Positions 28,657-39,382 of a DNA stretch of 64,000 bases are shown here, in pieces (the first letter of the stretch is position 1; each line of letters starts with the position of its first letter). The translations under genes and the position numbers were made by a program. The stretch lies in assembly GCA_028687915.1 (NCBI GenBank), contig JAQTZF010000001.1, forward strand, positions 418,634 through 482,633. The letters are read 5' to 3'. Source of the DNA: Candidatus Daviesbacteria bacterium (GTDB lineage: Bacteria; Patescibacteriota; Microgenomatia; Daviesbacterales; UBA10151). The notes beneath the pieces are model-generated. The model was not told where the DNA came from. It saw only the letters and a list, made by a program, of their open reading frames with translations, and ran no database searches.

Positions 28657-30022
28657 TCGTCTGTTTGCATATAAAGCAGACATAATAAGTGTTTTGCTAC
28701 TTACTCTTACCCTGCCCCTTTTTTTCTATAATCTCGGTCAAACTTCTTTAGGAAGTTGGGATGAGGCTTGGTATGCAGAAATTGCAAAAAATATAATAAG
28801 AACCGGTGACTTTTTGAATTTAACTTGGAATGGTTCTCCTTATTATGATCACCCGCCTTTTGGCTTTTGGTTAATAGCCATCTCAATGAAGATATTTGGA
28901 TTTAGTGAATTTTGGGTTAGGTTTCCATCTGCATTAGTGGGTTTTATGGGTATTATTGCCACTTACTTTTTAGGTAAAGAATTATTTAATCGGGTAGTAG
29001 GGTTTTCTTCTGCTTTAGCATTAGCCTCTTCGTTTTGGTTTATTTACAGAGCCAGGTCAGGTAATTTAGACGTATTTTTAACTGTGCTTTTTATCAGTAC
29101 AATTTTATTTGCATTAAAAGCTGCTAAGTCTAAATATTATTTAGTGCCATTTGTAATAACTATATCTGCCTTATTTTTAACAAAAACATTGATTCCTTTT
29201 ACAATAATTCCTTCTATTCTATTGATATTTTGGAAAAGTAAGTATTCTTTGAAGGAATTAATTGCTCCAGTTGTATCTTTTTTGATTATAGTTGGTGGCT
29301 GGGTAATCATACAGATGATCAATAATCCAGCTTTTTTAACCAGGTATTTTTCTATAGGTATGCCTGGTGTACAAATAAAAACTTCTTATTTAGACAATTT
29401 AAAGTTAAGTAAGGAATACTTGCATAATGGTATCGGTAAATGGTTTTGGCCAGGATTCTTTTCTGTTTTAGGTACAACATTCTTATTCCAGAAAAGGTTT
29501 TATATCCTAATTATTTTTATAACAATATTTTATATACCGTTTATTTTTTCATCCAAGGGACACATTTGGCATTTGGTGCCACTTTATCCCTTTATGATTA
29601 TGGTTTTCTTTGGTTTTATATTTGTAGTTTTAGAAAGAGTAGTTAGAGTTAAAAATATCATTTATGTGATAATATTTTCTATTGCTTTATATACGTCCTT
29701 GATTCAGATAAGACAACTTTGGTATCAGTTCATAGATATTTCTGCCTATACTTCAGATGAGGAAATTTTATCAGCTAAAGCAGGGGGCTTTACGGAGGAC
29801 TTCTTTATTGATGAGAATTTTGGGCCAGCTGCTGTGTTTTATTCAGGTAAAAATGTTACTAAAGTAGGAAATCCTAATTTGCAGGATTTTTTTAATGAGC
29901 AAAAAAGTTTTATACTTATTACTACTAAAAATCGCCTTGATCAAGCTGACATATCTGGTCCTCAATACCGTATAATAGCAAAGGATCGGGATAAAATTTT
30001 AATTTTAAAACAAGATGAGTAG
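28634..30022 (+). CDS. ArnT-like GT-C membrane glycosyltransferase
   Basis: SWDEAWYAEIAKNI, YYDHPPFGFWL, SEFWVRFPSA, ARSGNLD, LTK. Confidence 0.85.
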   Translation: MISKENINRLFAYKADIISVLLLTLTLPLFFYNLGQTSLGSWDEAWYAEIAKNIIRTGDFLNLTWNGSPYYDHPPFGFWLIAISMKIFGFSEFWVRFPSALVGFMGIIATYFLGKELFNRVVGFSSALALASSFWFIYRARSGNLDVFLTVLFISTILFALKAAKSKYYLVPFVITISALFLTKTLIPFTIIPSILLIFWKSKYSLKELIAPVVSFLIIVGGWVIIQMINNPAFLTRYFSIGMPGVQIKTSYLDNLKLSKEYLHNGIGKWFWPGFFSVLGTTFLFQKRFYILIIFITIFYIPFIFSSKGHIWHLVPLYPFMIMVFFGFIFVVLERVVRVKNIIYVIIFSIALYTSLIQIRQLWYQFIDISAYTSDEEILSAKAGGFTEDFFIDENFGPAAVFYSGKNVTKVGNPNLQDFFNEQKSFILITTKNRLDQADISGPQYRIIAKDRDKILILKQDE

Positions 30023-31544
30023 GTTTTTGATACATAACAGAAATATTCTTTTCATATTTGGTTTATTGGTTATCGTCTATTTTATTTTAAGATTACCCAA
30101 TTTAACCATACAGCCTATTTTTGCTGATGAGGCAATCTATATTAGGTGGGCGCAGATTATGAAAGCAGAGCCCACACTTCGCTTTATTTCACTTACAGAT
30201 GGTAAAACACCACTATTTATGTGGGCTATGATTCCACTATTTAAGTTTATTAATGATCCTTTAATGGCGGGTAGGCTTTTGTCTGTTTTTTCTGGGTTGG
30301 GCACTTTGCTCGGAGTGATCTTTTTATGTTGGAGGTTTTTTGATAAATCAACTGCTTTTTGGGCAGCATTATTAATTGTAATTACACCATTTGTTGTTTT
30401 TTTTGACCGAATGGCATTGGTAGATTCGATGCTTGCGGCATTTTCTATATGGGCGTTAAATTTTTCTCTGCTTTTAATTAGAAATCCCCGTTTTGATTTA
30501 AGCATGGTACTAGGTTATATATTGGGGGGCGGGATGCTTACAAAAACTCCAGGTTTATTTAACGTAATTATGCTGCCTGTAGCTTTTTTGACATTTATCT
30601 GGTCAGCTGCTAATTGGCAAAAAACATTTTTAAAAACCTTAATGTTTTTTATTATTTCAGCAGCTATTGCGATGGGTGTTTACAACCTGCTTAGATTAGG
30701 AGTAGGTTTTTCGAGTTTGTCTTCCAGGAACCAGGATTATATTTTCCCTTTTAGTAGGTTGCTAAGTACCCCCCTTGATCCTTTTATACCGCATTTAAAA
30801 GATTTAGCAGATTGGTTTCCAAAGTTGTTTACTCCGCCTATATTATTATTTGTTTTTCTAGGCATAGCCTTTGTACTAATTAAAAGAAACAAGGTGGCTT
30901 TGGTGGTTTTATTGTGGCTTTTAGGCCCATTGGTGGCAGAACTATTACTTTTACAAACATTCACAGCCAGATACATTTTATCATCGGTTGCACCGTTACT
31001 TTGCTTAGCTGGCTGGGGAATTAGTCAGCTTACTACGCAAATTAAATTTAAAAAAGAAGTGGTTAACGCAGCAATATTTGCAGTTATAGTGCCAATGGCA
31101 TTAATTTTTAATTATTGGTTAATAACAGATCCAGCTAAAGCTGATTTGCCACGAGAAGAAAGAATAGGGTATTTTGAGGATTGGACAGCAGGTTATGGTT
31201 TTTCAGAAATTGCTAATTTCCTTATGCAGGAGGCTCAAAAAGGCTTAGTTATAGTGGGTACTGAGGGAAGTTTTGGCACACTCCCTGATGGTCTAGCTAT
31301 TTATCTGGATAAATATTCTCATACCTCAGGTGTTAATAAAATCGTAATTTTAGGTGGAAGGCCAGAAATATCTGATGTACTACGTAATGCAGCAGAAGAA
31401 GGACCAGTTTATTTTATTGCAAACAGATCCCGGGTGAGACAAAATCCTACCAATACAGAACTAGTCAAAGAGTATCCAAAAGCAAGTTATCCAGGTGCTT
31501 TTCAGGATGCTATTTTAGTCTTTAAAGTGCTTCCAAGCCAATGA
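30015..31544 (+). CDS. GT-C membrane glycosyltransferase (PMT_2-like)
   Basis: LRL, IFADEAIYIRWA, DGKTPLF, GRLLS, DRMALVD, LTK, ARY. Confidence 0.82.
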   Translation: MSRFLIHNRNILFIFGLLVIVYFILRLPNLTIQPIFADEAIYIRWAQIMKAEPTLRFISLTDGKTPLFMWAMIPLFKFINDPLMAGRLLSVFSGLGTLLGVIFLCWRFFDKSTAFWAALLIVITPFVVFFDRMALVDSMLAAFSIWALNFSLLLIRNPRFDLSMVLGYILGGGMLTKTPGLFNVIMLPVAFLTFIWSAANWQKTFLKTLMFFIISAAIAMGVYNLLRLGVGFSSLSSRNQDYIFPFSRLLSTPLDPFIPHLKDLADWFPKLFTPPILLFVFLGIAFVLIKRNKVALVVLLWLLGPLVAELLLLQTFTARYILSSVAPLLCLAGWGISQLTTQIKFKKEVVNAAIFAVIVPMALIFNYWLITDPAKADLPREERIGYFEDWTAGYGFSEIANFLMQEAQKGLVIVGTEGSFGTLPDGLAIYLDKYSHTSGVNKIVILGGRPEISDVLRNAAEEGPVYFIANRSRVRQNPTNTELVKEYPKASYPGAFQDAILVFKVLPSQ

Positions 31545-31563
31545 CTTTCCCTAGTATGATGAT

Positions 31564-33252
31564 ATGAAAAAAATAGTAGATTTATATAAAAGTCCTTTAG
31601 CTATCTTTGTATTATTAATTGTATTCACTGTACCCAGCTTTTTTCCACTGCTTCGCCCAGGATTTTTTCCAATGCAGGATGATTTGCAAGCGTTTAGAAT
31701 CCAGCAAATGGATAAGTGCTTTGCTGATTTTCAAATTCCCTGCCGTTGGGTGCCTGATGCTGGCTATCAGTATGGTTACCCGCAGTTTATATATTATCCG
31801 CCGAGTGTATATTATTTAGGCGAATTCTTTCATTTAATAGGCTTTCAGATTATAGATGCAGTAAAAATATTATTTATTTTAGGATTTGTTTTAGCAGCCA
31901 TCACAATGTTTATTCTTCTTAGGAGCTTGTTTGGTATTTTTCCGGCGTTTGTTGGCAGTCTTTTATATACATATGCTCCGTATCGTGCGGTGGATGTATA
32001 TGTTAGGGGAGCTATGAGTGAATTTTGGTCATTTGTTTTTTTTCCACTAATTTTTTGGTCTCTTTATAAATTAATTAAATCAAACAAGAATAAATACCTT
32101 ATCTGGACAGCTATTTCGATTGGGTTGTTGCTTCTTACACACAATTTGATGTCTCTAATCTTTATTCCAATTTCTGCAATTTGGGGAATATTCTGGATTG
32201 TTTTAGAAAGAAATTGGAAAGTGCTTCCTAGAGTTATTTTTGCAGGGTTATTAGGATTGGTTTTGGCTGCGTTTTTTACTTTACCTGTGGTCTTTGAAAA
32301 ACAATACGCGCATACAGAATCAATGCTAGGGGGGTATTTTGATTATAGGCAGCATTTTGTGGATATTAATCAGCTGTTTTTATCTAATCATTGGGGTTAC
32401 GGTTCTTCCTGGCTGGGGCCAAATGATAACTTAGACCTCTCAACGGGGACTGTGCATGCAGCAGCAGGGCTTTTGGCATTATTTTGTGCAATATATTTTT
32501 ATAAAAAAAATAGAAGAATTGCTTTATTAACTATAGTTTTGTTTGTTGTAGACCTTTTTGTTCTTTTTATGACACATCAAAAATCCAGCTTTATTTGGGA
32601 TTTTTTACCACCACTTTGGTATCTACAATTTCCATGGAGATTATTGGCTAATAGTGTCTTTATTCTTTCAGTGCTTTCTGCCATAGCGATATATTTACTT
32701 AAAAACAAGGAGCTGAAAGTAATATTAGGTGTTCTTCTAATATCCTTAGTGATGGTTATGCACCTAAGTTTTTTTCAACCTTCCAGATGGCTTGAGATGT
32801 CCGATCAGGAAAAATTTTCGGGGAAAAGTTGGGAGAAACAATTAACTGTCAGTATTTTTGATTATCTACCAATCTATGCTAAGCTTCCACCTACTAGTAG
32901 AGCACCTGATTTCCCCGAAATTATGGATGGAAAAACAAACTTTTTAAGTTATAAAAAGGGAAGTGATTTTCAAATTGGAAAAGTAGTAGTAGAAAATAAA
33001 GCAAATTTAAGGCTGCCTTTATTTGATTTTCCTGGTATGGTGGTAACAGTAGATGGGAAAGTGGTTCCTCACTGGCATAATGATTGCAGAAATCAAGAAT
33101 TTTGCTTGGGTCTTATAAGTGTTGATGTCGACTCGGGCGAGCATATAATAGAAGCAAGGTTAAAAAATACTCCAATTAGGGCACTGGGAAATCTGTTAAC
33201 AATTGGTGGAATTATTATCCTGGGTTTATTGTTTTGGAAGAGTAGGGATTAA
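31564..33252 (+). CDS. YfhO/'PTPS-related' GT-C-like membrane protein, subfamily C
   Basis: QDD, PCRWVPD..YGYP, APYRAVDVYVRGAMSE, LTHN, QFPWR, FDFPG. Confidence 0.78.
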   Translation: MKKIVDLYKSPLAIFVLLIVFTVPSFFPLLRPGFFPMQDDLQAFRIQQMDKCFADFQIPCRWVPDAGYQYGYPQFIYYPPSVYYLGEFFHLIGFQIIDAVKILFILGFVLAAITMFILLRSLFGIFPAFVGSLLYTYAPYRAVDVYVRGAMSEFWSFVFFPLIFWSLYKLIKSNKNKYLIWTAISIGLLLLTHNLMSLIFIPISAIWGIFWIVLERNWKVLPRVIFAGLLGLVLAAFFTLPVVFEKQYAHTESMLGGYFDYRQHFVDINQLFLSNHWGYGSSWLGPNDNLDLSTGTVHAAAGLLALFCAIYFYKKNRRIALLTIVLFVVDLFVLFMTHQKSSFIWDFLPPLWYLQFPWRLLANSVFILSVLSAIAIYLLKNKELKVILGVLLISLVMVMHLSFFQPSRWLEMSDQEKFSGKSWEKQLTVSIFDYLPIYAKLPPTSRAPDFPEIMDGKTNFLSYKKGSDFQIGKVVVENKANLRLPLFDFPGMVVTVDGKVVPHWHNDCRNQEFCLGLISVDVDSGEHIIEARLKNTPIRALGNLLTIGGIIILGLLFWKSRD

Positions 33253-33258
33253 GAAGTT

Positions 33259-34926
33259 ATGAAGAAATTATTTTTGGATTACTGGGTATTTTTATTGTTA
33301 GCTGTTTTTGTGGCCATTATTTCATGGCCACTTTTTCAGCGTGGTTATTTTTCCCATCATGATGATTTACAGGTAATGCGTATTTATGAAATGAGGCGTT
33401 GTTTAACAGATCTTCAAATCCCCTGCCGTTGGGTGCCTGATATGGGTTACGGTAATGGATTTCCACTTTTTAATTACTATAGTGCCCTACCTTATTATAT
33501 AGGAGCACTATTTAGCTTTTTAGTAGGATATATTTGGGCAGCCAAAATTTTATTTTTTATTCCATTGGCTTTGGGTGGTATTTCTATATTTCTATTAGGT
33601 AAAGAATTGTTTGGTAAAATTGCTGGAATAGTTGTTGCAGGATTATTTTTATTGGCTCCTTATAGAGCATTAGAGTTATATGTACGGGGGGCAGTTGCAG
33701 AAAGCTTTGGTCTGGCAATTGTACCATTAGTTTTTTACTTTATTCTTAAATTAATTAGACAAGCGACTTTAAAGAACTTTTTAGGAGTTTCAATTTCTTT
33801 AGCAGCGTTTTTAATTAGTCATAATATTATGACATTGTTTTTTGTACCGATTATTTTTCTTTGGTCAGTATACTTTTTGTATTTAGAAAGACCAAAAAAG
33901 GCATGGCTTTTATTTATAAGTTTAGCATTGGGTTTTGGTTTGGCTTCCTTTTTTATCCTACCGGCATTTTTTGAAAAATTATTAGTCCAGTCAGAAGCTT
34001 TAAAAAGTATGGATCTTAATTATAGGGCGAATTATGTAAGTCTTAACCAAATCTTTTTGGATCGCCATTGGGGATATGGCACCATGATAAATGATAATAT
34101 ATCTTTTCAAATTGGTTGGCCTCACTGGTGGTTAGTTGCAATTACTATTCCATTATTGGGGGTAGGCTTGGTTTTTCGTAAATTAAAGTTCAGGCAGGTT
34201 AGATCAGCACTCTTTCTACTTGTTGTTTTTGTTGCTTCAGTATTCATGACACATAATAGATCTGCCTTTATATGGGAGAGGATCAGTATTTTAGAGTATG
34301 CTCAATTTCCCTGGAGATTTTTATCTTTGATAATTTTTTCTGCAAGCCTAATAGGTGGTTTCTTAATAGCTCTCTTAAAGAATAATAAACAAAGATATTT
34401 TTTAGCACTAGTAATTATTTGTACAACATTACTTCTAAACTGGAGTTATTTTATACCGGAAAAATTTTATCCCAATTTAACTGATCAGGAAAAGTTATCA
34501 GGACGCTTATGGGAAGATCAACAAAAAGCTGCAATTTTAGATTATTTACCCAAAACAGCTTATGAACCCAGAGAGAAGGCTCCTAGTAATCCCATGCTAA
34601 TTTCGGGAAATGCTGAAATTAGTGCATTTTCAAATTATTCAAATAGATGGTCTTTTGAAACAACTGTTAAAAAGCCTTCAACTATTGAGTTGCCTGTTTT
34701 TGACTTTCCTAACTGGCAAGTAAAAGTTAATGGAAAAAATTATCCACATTCAAATCAAAATTATTTAGGTAGGATCAGTATTAATTTGCCTGAAGGAATG
34801 TATAAGGTAGAGGGGTATTTTCATAATACTCCAATTAGAACATTGGCTAATATAGTATCCTTAGTATCCTTATGTCTATTAATTATAATGTCCATTTATG
34901 GTAAATCTAAAAAAATATTTATCTAA
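33259..34926 (+). CDS. YfhO/'PTPS-related' GT-C-like membrane protein, subfamily C
   Basis: HDD, PCRWVPD, APYRALELYVRGAVAE, SHN, QFPWR, FDFPNW. Tandem paralog of 31564. Confidence 0.78.
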   Translation: MKKLFLDYWVFLLLAVFVAIISWPLFQRGYFSHHDDLQVMRIYEMRRCLTDLQIPCRWVPDMGYGNGFPLFNYYSALPYYIGALFSFLVGYIWAAKILFFIPLALGGISIFLLGKELFGKIAGIVVAGLFLLAPYRALELYVRGAVAESFGLAIVPLVFYFILKLIRQATLKNFLGVSISLAAFLISHNIMTLFFVPIIFLWSVYFLYLERPKKAWLLFISLALGFGLASFFILPAFFEKLLVQSEALKSMDLNYRANYVSLNQIFLDRHWGYGTMINDNISFQIGWPHWWLVAITIPLLGVGLVFRKLKFRQVRSALFLLVVFVASVFMTHNRSAFIWERISILEYAQFPWRFLSLIIFSASLIGGFLIALLKNNKQRYFLALVIICTTLLLNWSYFIPEKFYPNLTDQEKLSGRLWEDQQKAAILDYLPKTAYEPREKAPSNPMLISGNAEISAFSNYSNRWSFETTVKKPSTIELPVFDFPNWQVKVNGKNYPHSNQNYLGRISINLPEGMYKVEGYFHNTPIRTLANIVSLVSLCLLIIMSIYGKSKKIFI

Positions 34927-36595
34927 TCATCTTTGGATTTTAATTGTACCTTTAAGCTTTTTTGCCATAAGGGCACTTTTAGTACCTGGTTTTTATGGTG
35001 CCTCAGATGATTTACATATTGCATGGTTATTTGAACTTGATCGTTTAGTAAAATTGGGTCAATTTCCACCCCGTTTTGTGCCTGATTTAAGTTATAGTTT
35101 TGGGTATCCTTTATTTAATTTTGTGTTTCCATTGCCTTTTTATCTTGCTGAGGTTTTTCATTTAATTGGTTTTAGCTTGGTGGATAGTATTAAAGCAGTA
35201 TTTTTATTGAGTGTGCCCTTATCCGGAGTGTTAATGTATCAATTCTTAAAAACGTTTACTTCAAAAAGTTTAAGTTTAGCTGGCGCTATTATGTACATGT
35301 ATAGCCCGTACAGATCAACAGATATTTATATTAGGGGAGCCATTGGAGAAATAGTTGCTTTTATCTTTTTGCCCCTTGCCGCATTGTCGATTACAAATCT
35401 TTTTGCAAGGAGTAATGACTCTAAACAATTTATAAATCTTCGTTGGATTGGAATTGGAGCTTTTGCTTTTGCTGGCTTAGTTCTAACACATAATATAGCA
35501 GCTTATATGTTTATGCCACTCCTTTTTATTTTAGCAGTAGCAAAATTAATATCCATTAAAAATTATTTACGCAATTTATTAAACTTATTTGCGGCTTTTT
35601 TTCTTGGATTGATGATCAGTCTATATTTTTGGTTACCTGCTATACAGGATAGCAGTTTAATGAAATATGATACTGTTTTTAATTTTGTTGACCATTTCCC
35701 AACCATAAAGCAATTAATAGTGCCTTATTGGGGATATGGGGCTTCTGTTGCTGGTCCAAATGATGGAATGTCATTCTTTCTGGGGATGCCGACCTTGTTT
35801 ATAATTGTAATCGGAATATTTTTGATAGGTCTAGCGTGGAAAAGATTTTCTGGAGACCAAAAAGTTGTTGTTGGCTGGGCAATAGCCTCATTATTAATAG
35901 CACTTATAATGATGAACTTTAGGTCAATATTAATTTGGCAGAAAGTACCATTAATTCCTTTCTTTCAATTTCCGTGGAGATTTTTGATTATTACTACCTT
36001 TGCAGCACCTATTCTGGTAATAGCTTTTGATAAATTAAGATATCGTAATTTTGTAGCTCTAGTTATTTTAATATTAGTTTTAATTACCAACTTTAGTTCC
36101 TTTCACCCACAAGATTATTTAGGAAGGGGAGATAGCTATTATTTGAATAAATATATTCCATTGTCTATTGCTAGTGAAGAATACTCAAAAACACAAGAAG
36201 AATATCTTAGGTTGCCGCTTGGTACTGTACAAAGGCCGGATAAAATATATCCGAGGGTTTTTCCGCAAACAGGTCAAATTATACAAGTTAAGGAGCTGGA
36301 TAGCTTAACTGCATTAATCGACACTAATTCAAACGAAAAGTTTACACTAAATTATAATAAATATTATTTTCCTGGTTGGTATGCAACAATTGATAACCAG
36401 GATGCTGATATTTCTGCAGGGGCTCCTTTTGGACAAATTCAAGTTGCAGTTCCTTCGGGAAGTCATGTAATAAAGATTGGCTTTGCTGAAACCAAACAAA
36501 AAATATTCTTAGATATAATTTCTGTTGTGGGTATCATTATTGCTGTTTTGTGTTGTATTAATCCAGATATGATCAAAAAGTGGAAGACAACATAG
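34898..36595 (+). CDS. YfhO/'PTPS-related' GT-C-like membrane protein, subfamily C
   Basis: SDD, PPRFVPD..FGYP, SPYRSTDIYIRGAIGE, LTHN, QFPWR, YFPGW. Confidence 0.78.
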   Translation: MVNLKKYLSNHLWILIVPLSFFAIRALLVPGFYGASDDLHIAWLFELDRLVKLGQFPPRFVPDLSYSFGYPLFNFVFPLPFYLAEVFHLIGFSLVDSIKAVFLLSVPLSGVLMYQFLKTFTSKSLSLAGAIMYMYSPYRSTDIYIRGAIGEIVAFIFLPLAALSITNLFARSNDSKQFINLRWIGIGAFAFAGLVLTHNIAAYMFMPLLFILAVAKLISIKNYLRNLLNLFAAFFLGLMISLYFWLPAIQDSSLMKYDTVFNFVDHFPTIKQLIVPYWGYGASVAGPNDGMSFFLGMPTLFIIVIGIFLIGLAWKRFSGDQKVVVGWAIASLLIALIMMNFRSILIWQKVPLIPFFQFPWRFLIITTFAAPILVIAFDKLRYRNFVALVILILVLITNFSSFHPQDYLGRGDSYYLNKYIPLSIASEEYSKTQEEYLRLPLGTVQRPDKIYPRVFPQTGQIIQVKELDSLTALIDTNSNEKFTLNYNKYYFPGWYATIDNQDADISAGAPFGQIQVAVPSGSHVIKIGFAETKQKIFLDIISVVGIIIAVLCCINPDMIKKWKTT

Positions 36596-36619
36596 AATGA
36601 ATGTATTATTATTTATTGT

Positions 36620-37879
36620 ATGAAGATTAACAAATATATATTAATTTTAGTTTTAGGTATTACTTTAAGATTAGTCCTTTCTTTAAGTAGCTATCACTCA
36701 GATGTTGCAGCACTTACTTTTGCAGGTCAGGTAATAACTCAAGGGCACATACTAGATTTCTATGATTACTTACCAAACTTGCCACAGTCTGCAGAAATTT
36801 TAAAGGTATTTCCAACCTCCCTTTTTAATTATCCTCCTTTGGTTTATTTATTAATAAGTGTTCCAGCTACTGCATTTTTATTTTTAATTAATTCGACTTT
36901 TGAACAAACCTTTATTTTCAATATTGCCCAAGCATTTGGAGACCTTAATTTATTCGCCCAGCTGATTTTGTTTAAGTTGCCGTATCTTGTTTATGATTTA
37001 ATAATTGCTCTTCTTATAATGAAGATTTTGCAAACACCAAAGGAGCGTTTATTGGGCTTTGCACTTTGGATGTTCAATCCCGTAAGTTTGTATGCTACCT
37101 ATATGATTGGGCAGTTTGATATTGTCCCAACTTTTTTTGTTGTCATTTCCTTATTTCTTGTTAGTTCTAAAATCCCAATAACAAATAAGAGGTTGTTGTT
37201 TGCAGCTTTAATGCTTGGATTTGGTGCAGCTGTTAAGATTTTCCCGTTATTCTTTTTAGTACCGGTCGCGTCGCTTACTAATAGTTGGAAAACGAGAATC
37301 CAAATATTTATTGTAGGGTTTTCTCCGTATATTTTAAGTCTGCTGCCATTTATTTTCTCGAAAGGATTTAGGTCGAGTGCTCTTGTGGCAAACCAGACTC
37401 TTAAAAGTCTTTATCCTCAAATTCCAGTTTCTGGTGGGGAAAGTATATTACTCTTTGTAACTTTGTTAATTTTTATTTATATTGTTATGTTAAAAAAGAA
37501 AGGGTTGGAAAACATAGTTTGGCAAAGATATTTAATTGCCATCCTACCTTTTTATATTTTTACGCATTTTCATCCACAGTGGTTTATTTGGGTTACTCCA
37601 ATATTGATAATAGAATTAGTTAGAAATAGATTTCAAAACCTTTTTGTAGTATTAATTATGTTATTTAGCTTTATAGGATCGCTTTTCTTTTATGACCCGG
37701 GATTAAATATAAACCTTTTTGCTCCAATTATTCCATCTTTGTATAATGGACCATCAATATGGCAGATACTAAATATAAATATTGATTATAACTTTTGGAG
37801 AAGCATTCTACAAAGTTTATTTGTAGGAGCTGCTCTTTACTATTTGTACCTATATTTCCCTAGAAAAGATGAGCAATGA
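36620..37879 (+). CDS. GT87/PIG-M-like GT-C membrane glycosyltransferase
   Basis: HSDV, NYPPL, KLP, FNP, GQFD, VKIFP, HPQWFIW. Wholly hydrophobic. Confidence 0.75.
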   Translation: MKINKYILILVLGITLRLVLSLSSYHSDVAALTFAGQVITQGHILDFYDYLPNLPQSAEILKVFPTSLFNYPPLVYLLISVPATAFLFLINSTFEQTFIFNIAQAFGDLNLFAQLILFKLPYLVYDLIIALLIMKILQTPKERLLGFALWMFNPVSLYATYMIGQFDIVPTFFVVISLFLVSSKIPITNKRLLFAALMLGFGAAVKIFPLFFLVPVASLTNSWKTRIQIFIVGFSPYILSLLPFIFSKGFRSSALVANQTLKSLYPQIPVSGGESILLFVTLLIFIYIVMLKKKGLENIVWQRYLIAILPFYIFTHFHPQWFIWVTPILIIELVRNRFQNLFVVLIMLFSFIGSLFFYDPGLNINLFAPIIPSLYNGPSIWQILNINIDYNFWRSILQSLFVGAALYYLYLYFPRKDEQ

Positions 37880-39371
37880 TATAGATTCCAGTGAACATTT
37901 TGATGCTACTTCTGAAATAACATTAGACTTAGTAAAAAAACGTGCTATTAAGGGTGTGGCTGCATTAACAGGCCGAACAATCTTTACCCAAGTGGTAGGG
38001 TTAATTGCCACATTCTTGTTAACTCTTTTTCTAACTCCAAATCAATTTGGTGTTTATTTTATTGTTAGCGCTGCGGTTAACTTTTTTAATTATTTTGCTG
38101 ATATAGGTCTGGGAGCAGCAGTAATTCAAAAGAGAGAAACTTTAACCAGGAAAGATTTAGAAACAACTTTTACCATCCAAAGCATTCTTGTTATTTCGCT
38201 TGTTGTAATTATTATATTGATAACTCCCCTTCTTAAAGAGTGGCAGCATTTAGATCAGGAATCTGTTTATTTATTGTGGGCTTTGGCAGCGGGGCTGCTA
38301 CTATCTTCTTTTAAAAGTATACCCTCACTACTGCTAGAGCGGGAGCTGGATTTTAATAAGTTGGTTTTGCCGCAAATAATTGAGTTTCTATTGTTTCAAG
38401 TGATTGCCGTAGTATTGGCCTGGCAGGGGTTTGGGGTAACAAGTTATACAGTCGCAGTTATTGTAAGTAGAATTGCTGGACTGGTAATAATTTTTGTAGT
38501 TCGCCCATGGCGGCCAGGTATTGCTTTTGATATAGATGCACTAAAGGGTTTATTGCGTTTTGGTTTACCATATCAAATAAACATCTTCCTAGCTTCTATA
38601 AAAGATGATGGTATGACAGTTGTATTAGGTGGAATTTTAGGTCCAGCCAATATCGGTTTACTGGGATGGGCGCAGAAATGGGCTACAGCTCCGTTGCGAT
38701 TCTTTATGGACCAGGTCATAAAGGTTACTTTTCCTGCTTTTTCCCGTATGCAGGATTCTAAACAACAGCTTGCCAATGCTGTTTCGAAATCAATTTTCTT
38801 TATTGATGTATTAGTTTTTCCAGCTGTTGTAGGATTGGTATTATTGTCGCCTATTTTGGTTGAAATTATCCCTAAGTATGGTAAATGGCAACCAGCCTTA
38901 TTTGCTTTAGCTGTAATTTCAATAAACACGCTCTTGGCTTCCTGGACTACACCTTTAATTAATGCACTCAATGCTATTGGAAAAATAAAAATAACATTCC
39001 GCTTGATGATTATGTGGACAGTGCTAACCTGGATCTTTGTTCCCGGTCTTGCATACTTTTATCAAGTCAACGGTGCAGCTGTAGGTTATGCTTTGGTTGG
39101 TGTAAGTTCTATGGTTGCTGTGTGGGTAGCTTTTAGATATATTCGGATTAATATTTGGGAATCTATAGGCATACCTTTTATATGTTCGGTTTTGATGGGA
39201 ATTGTTTTATTTTTCGGAAGATCGATCCTGCCTTGGTCTTGGGGGACTGTTATTATCTTAATTATAGCTGCTATATTTGTTTACGCGGTTTCCCTTTTTC
39301 TTTTGGTGGGATCAGTGATTATGGAGGATATCAAGAAAATTTTGCTTAATTCAAAGGAGAAAACTAATTAG
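37869..39371 (+). CDS. wzx: MOP-family polysaccharide flippase (Wzx/WzxC-like)
   Basis: LTPNQFG, ADIGLGAAVIQ, LERELDF, GFGV, LLRFGLP, VTFPAFSRMQ, YGKW; 12 or more TM segments. Confidence 0.85.
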   Translation: MSNDIDSSEHFDATSEITLDLVKKRAIKGVAALTGRTIFTQVVGLIATFLLTLFLTPNQFGVYFIVSAAVNFFNYFADIGLGAAVIQKRETLTRKDLETTFTIQSILVISLVVIIILITPLLKEWQHLDQESVYLLWALAAGLLLSSFKSIPSLLLERELDFNKLVLPQIIEFLLFQVIAVVLAWQGFGVTSYTVAVIVSRIAGLVIIFVVRPWRPGIAFDIDALKGLLRFGLPYQINIFLASIKDDGMTVVLGGILGPANIGLLGWAQKWATAPLRFFMDQVIKVTFPAFSRMQDSKQQLANAVSKSIFFIDVLVFPAVVGLVLLSPILVEIIPKYGKWQPALFALAVISINTLLASWTTPLINALNAIGKIKITFRLMIMWTVLTWIFVPGLAYFYQVNGAAVGYALVGVSSMVAVWVAFRYIRINIWESIGIPFICSVLMGIVLFFGRSILPWSWGTVIILIIAAIFVYAVSLFLLVGSVIMEDIKKILLNSKEKTN

Positions 39372-39382
39372 TATATAAAAGA

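Noticed and set aside
28634-30022. Calling this gene arnT (lipid A modification)
   Set aside because: No arnABCD or lipid A genes in the window; only family-level similarity is supported.
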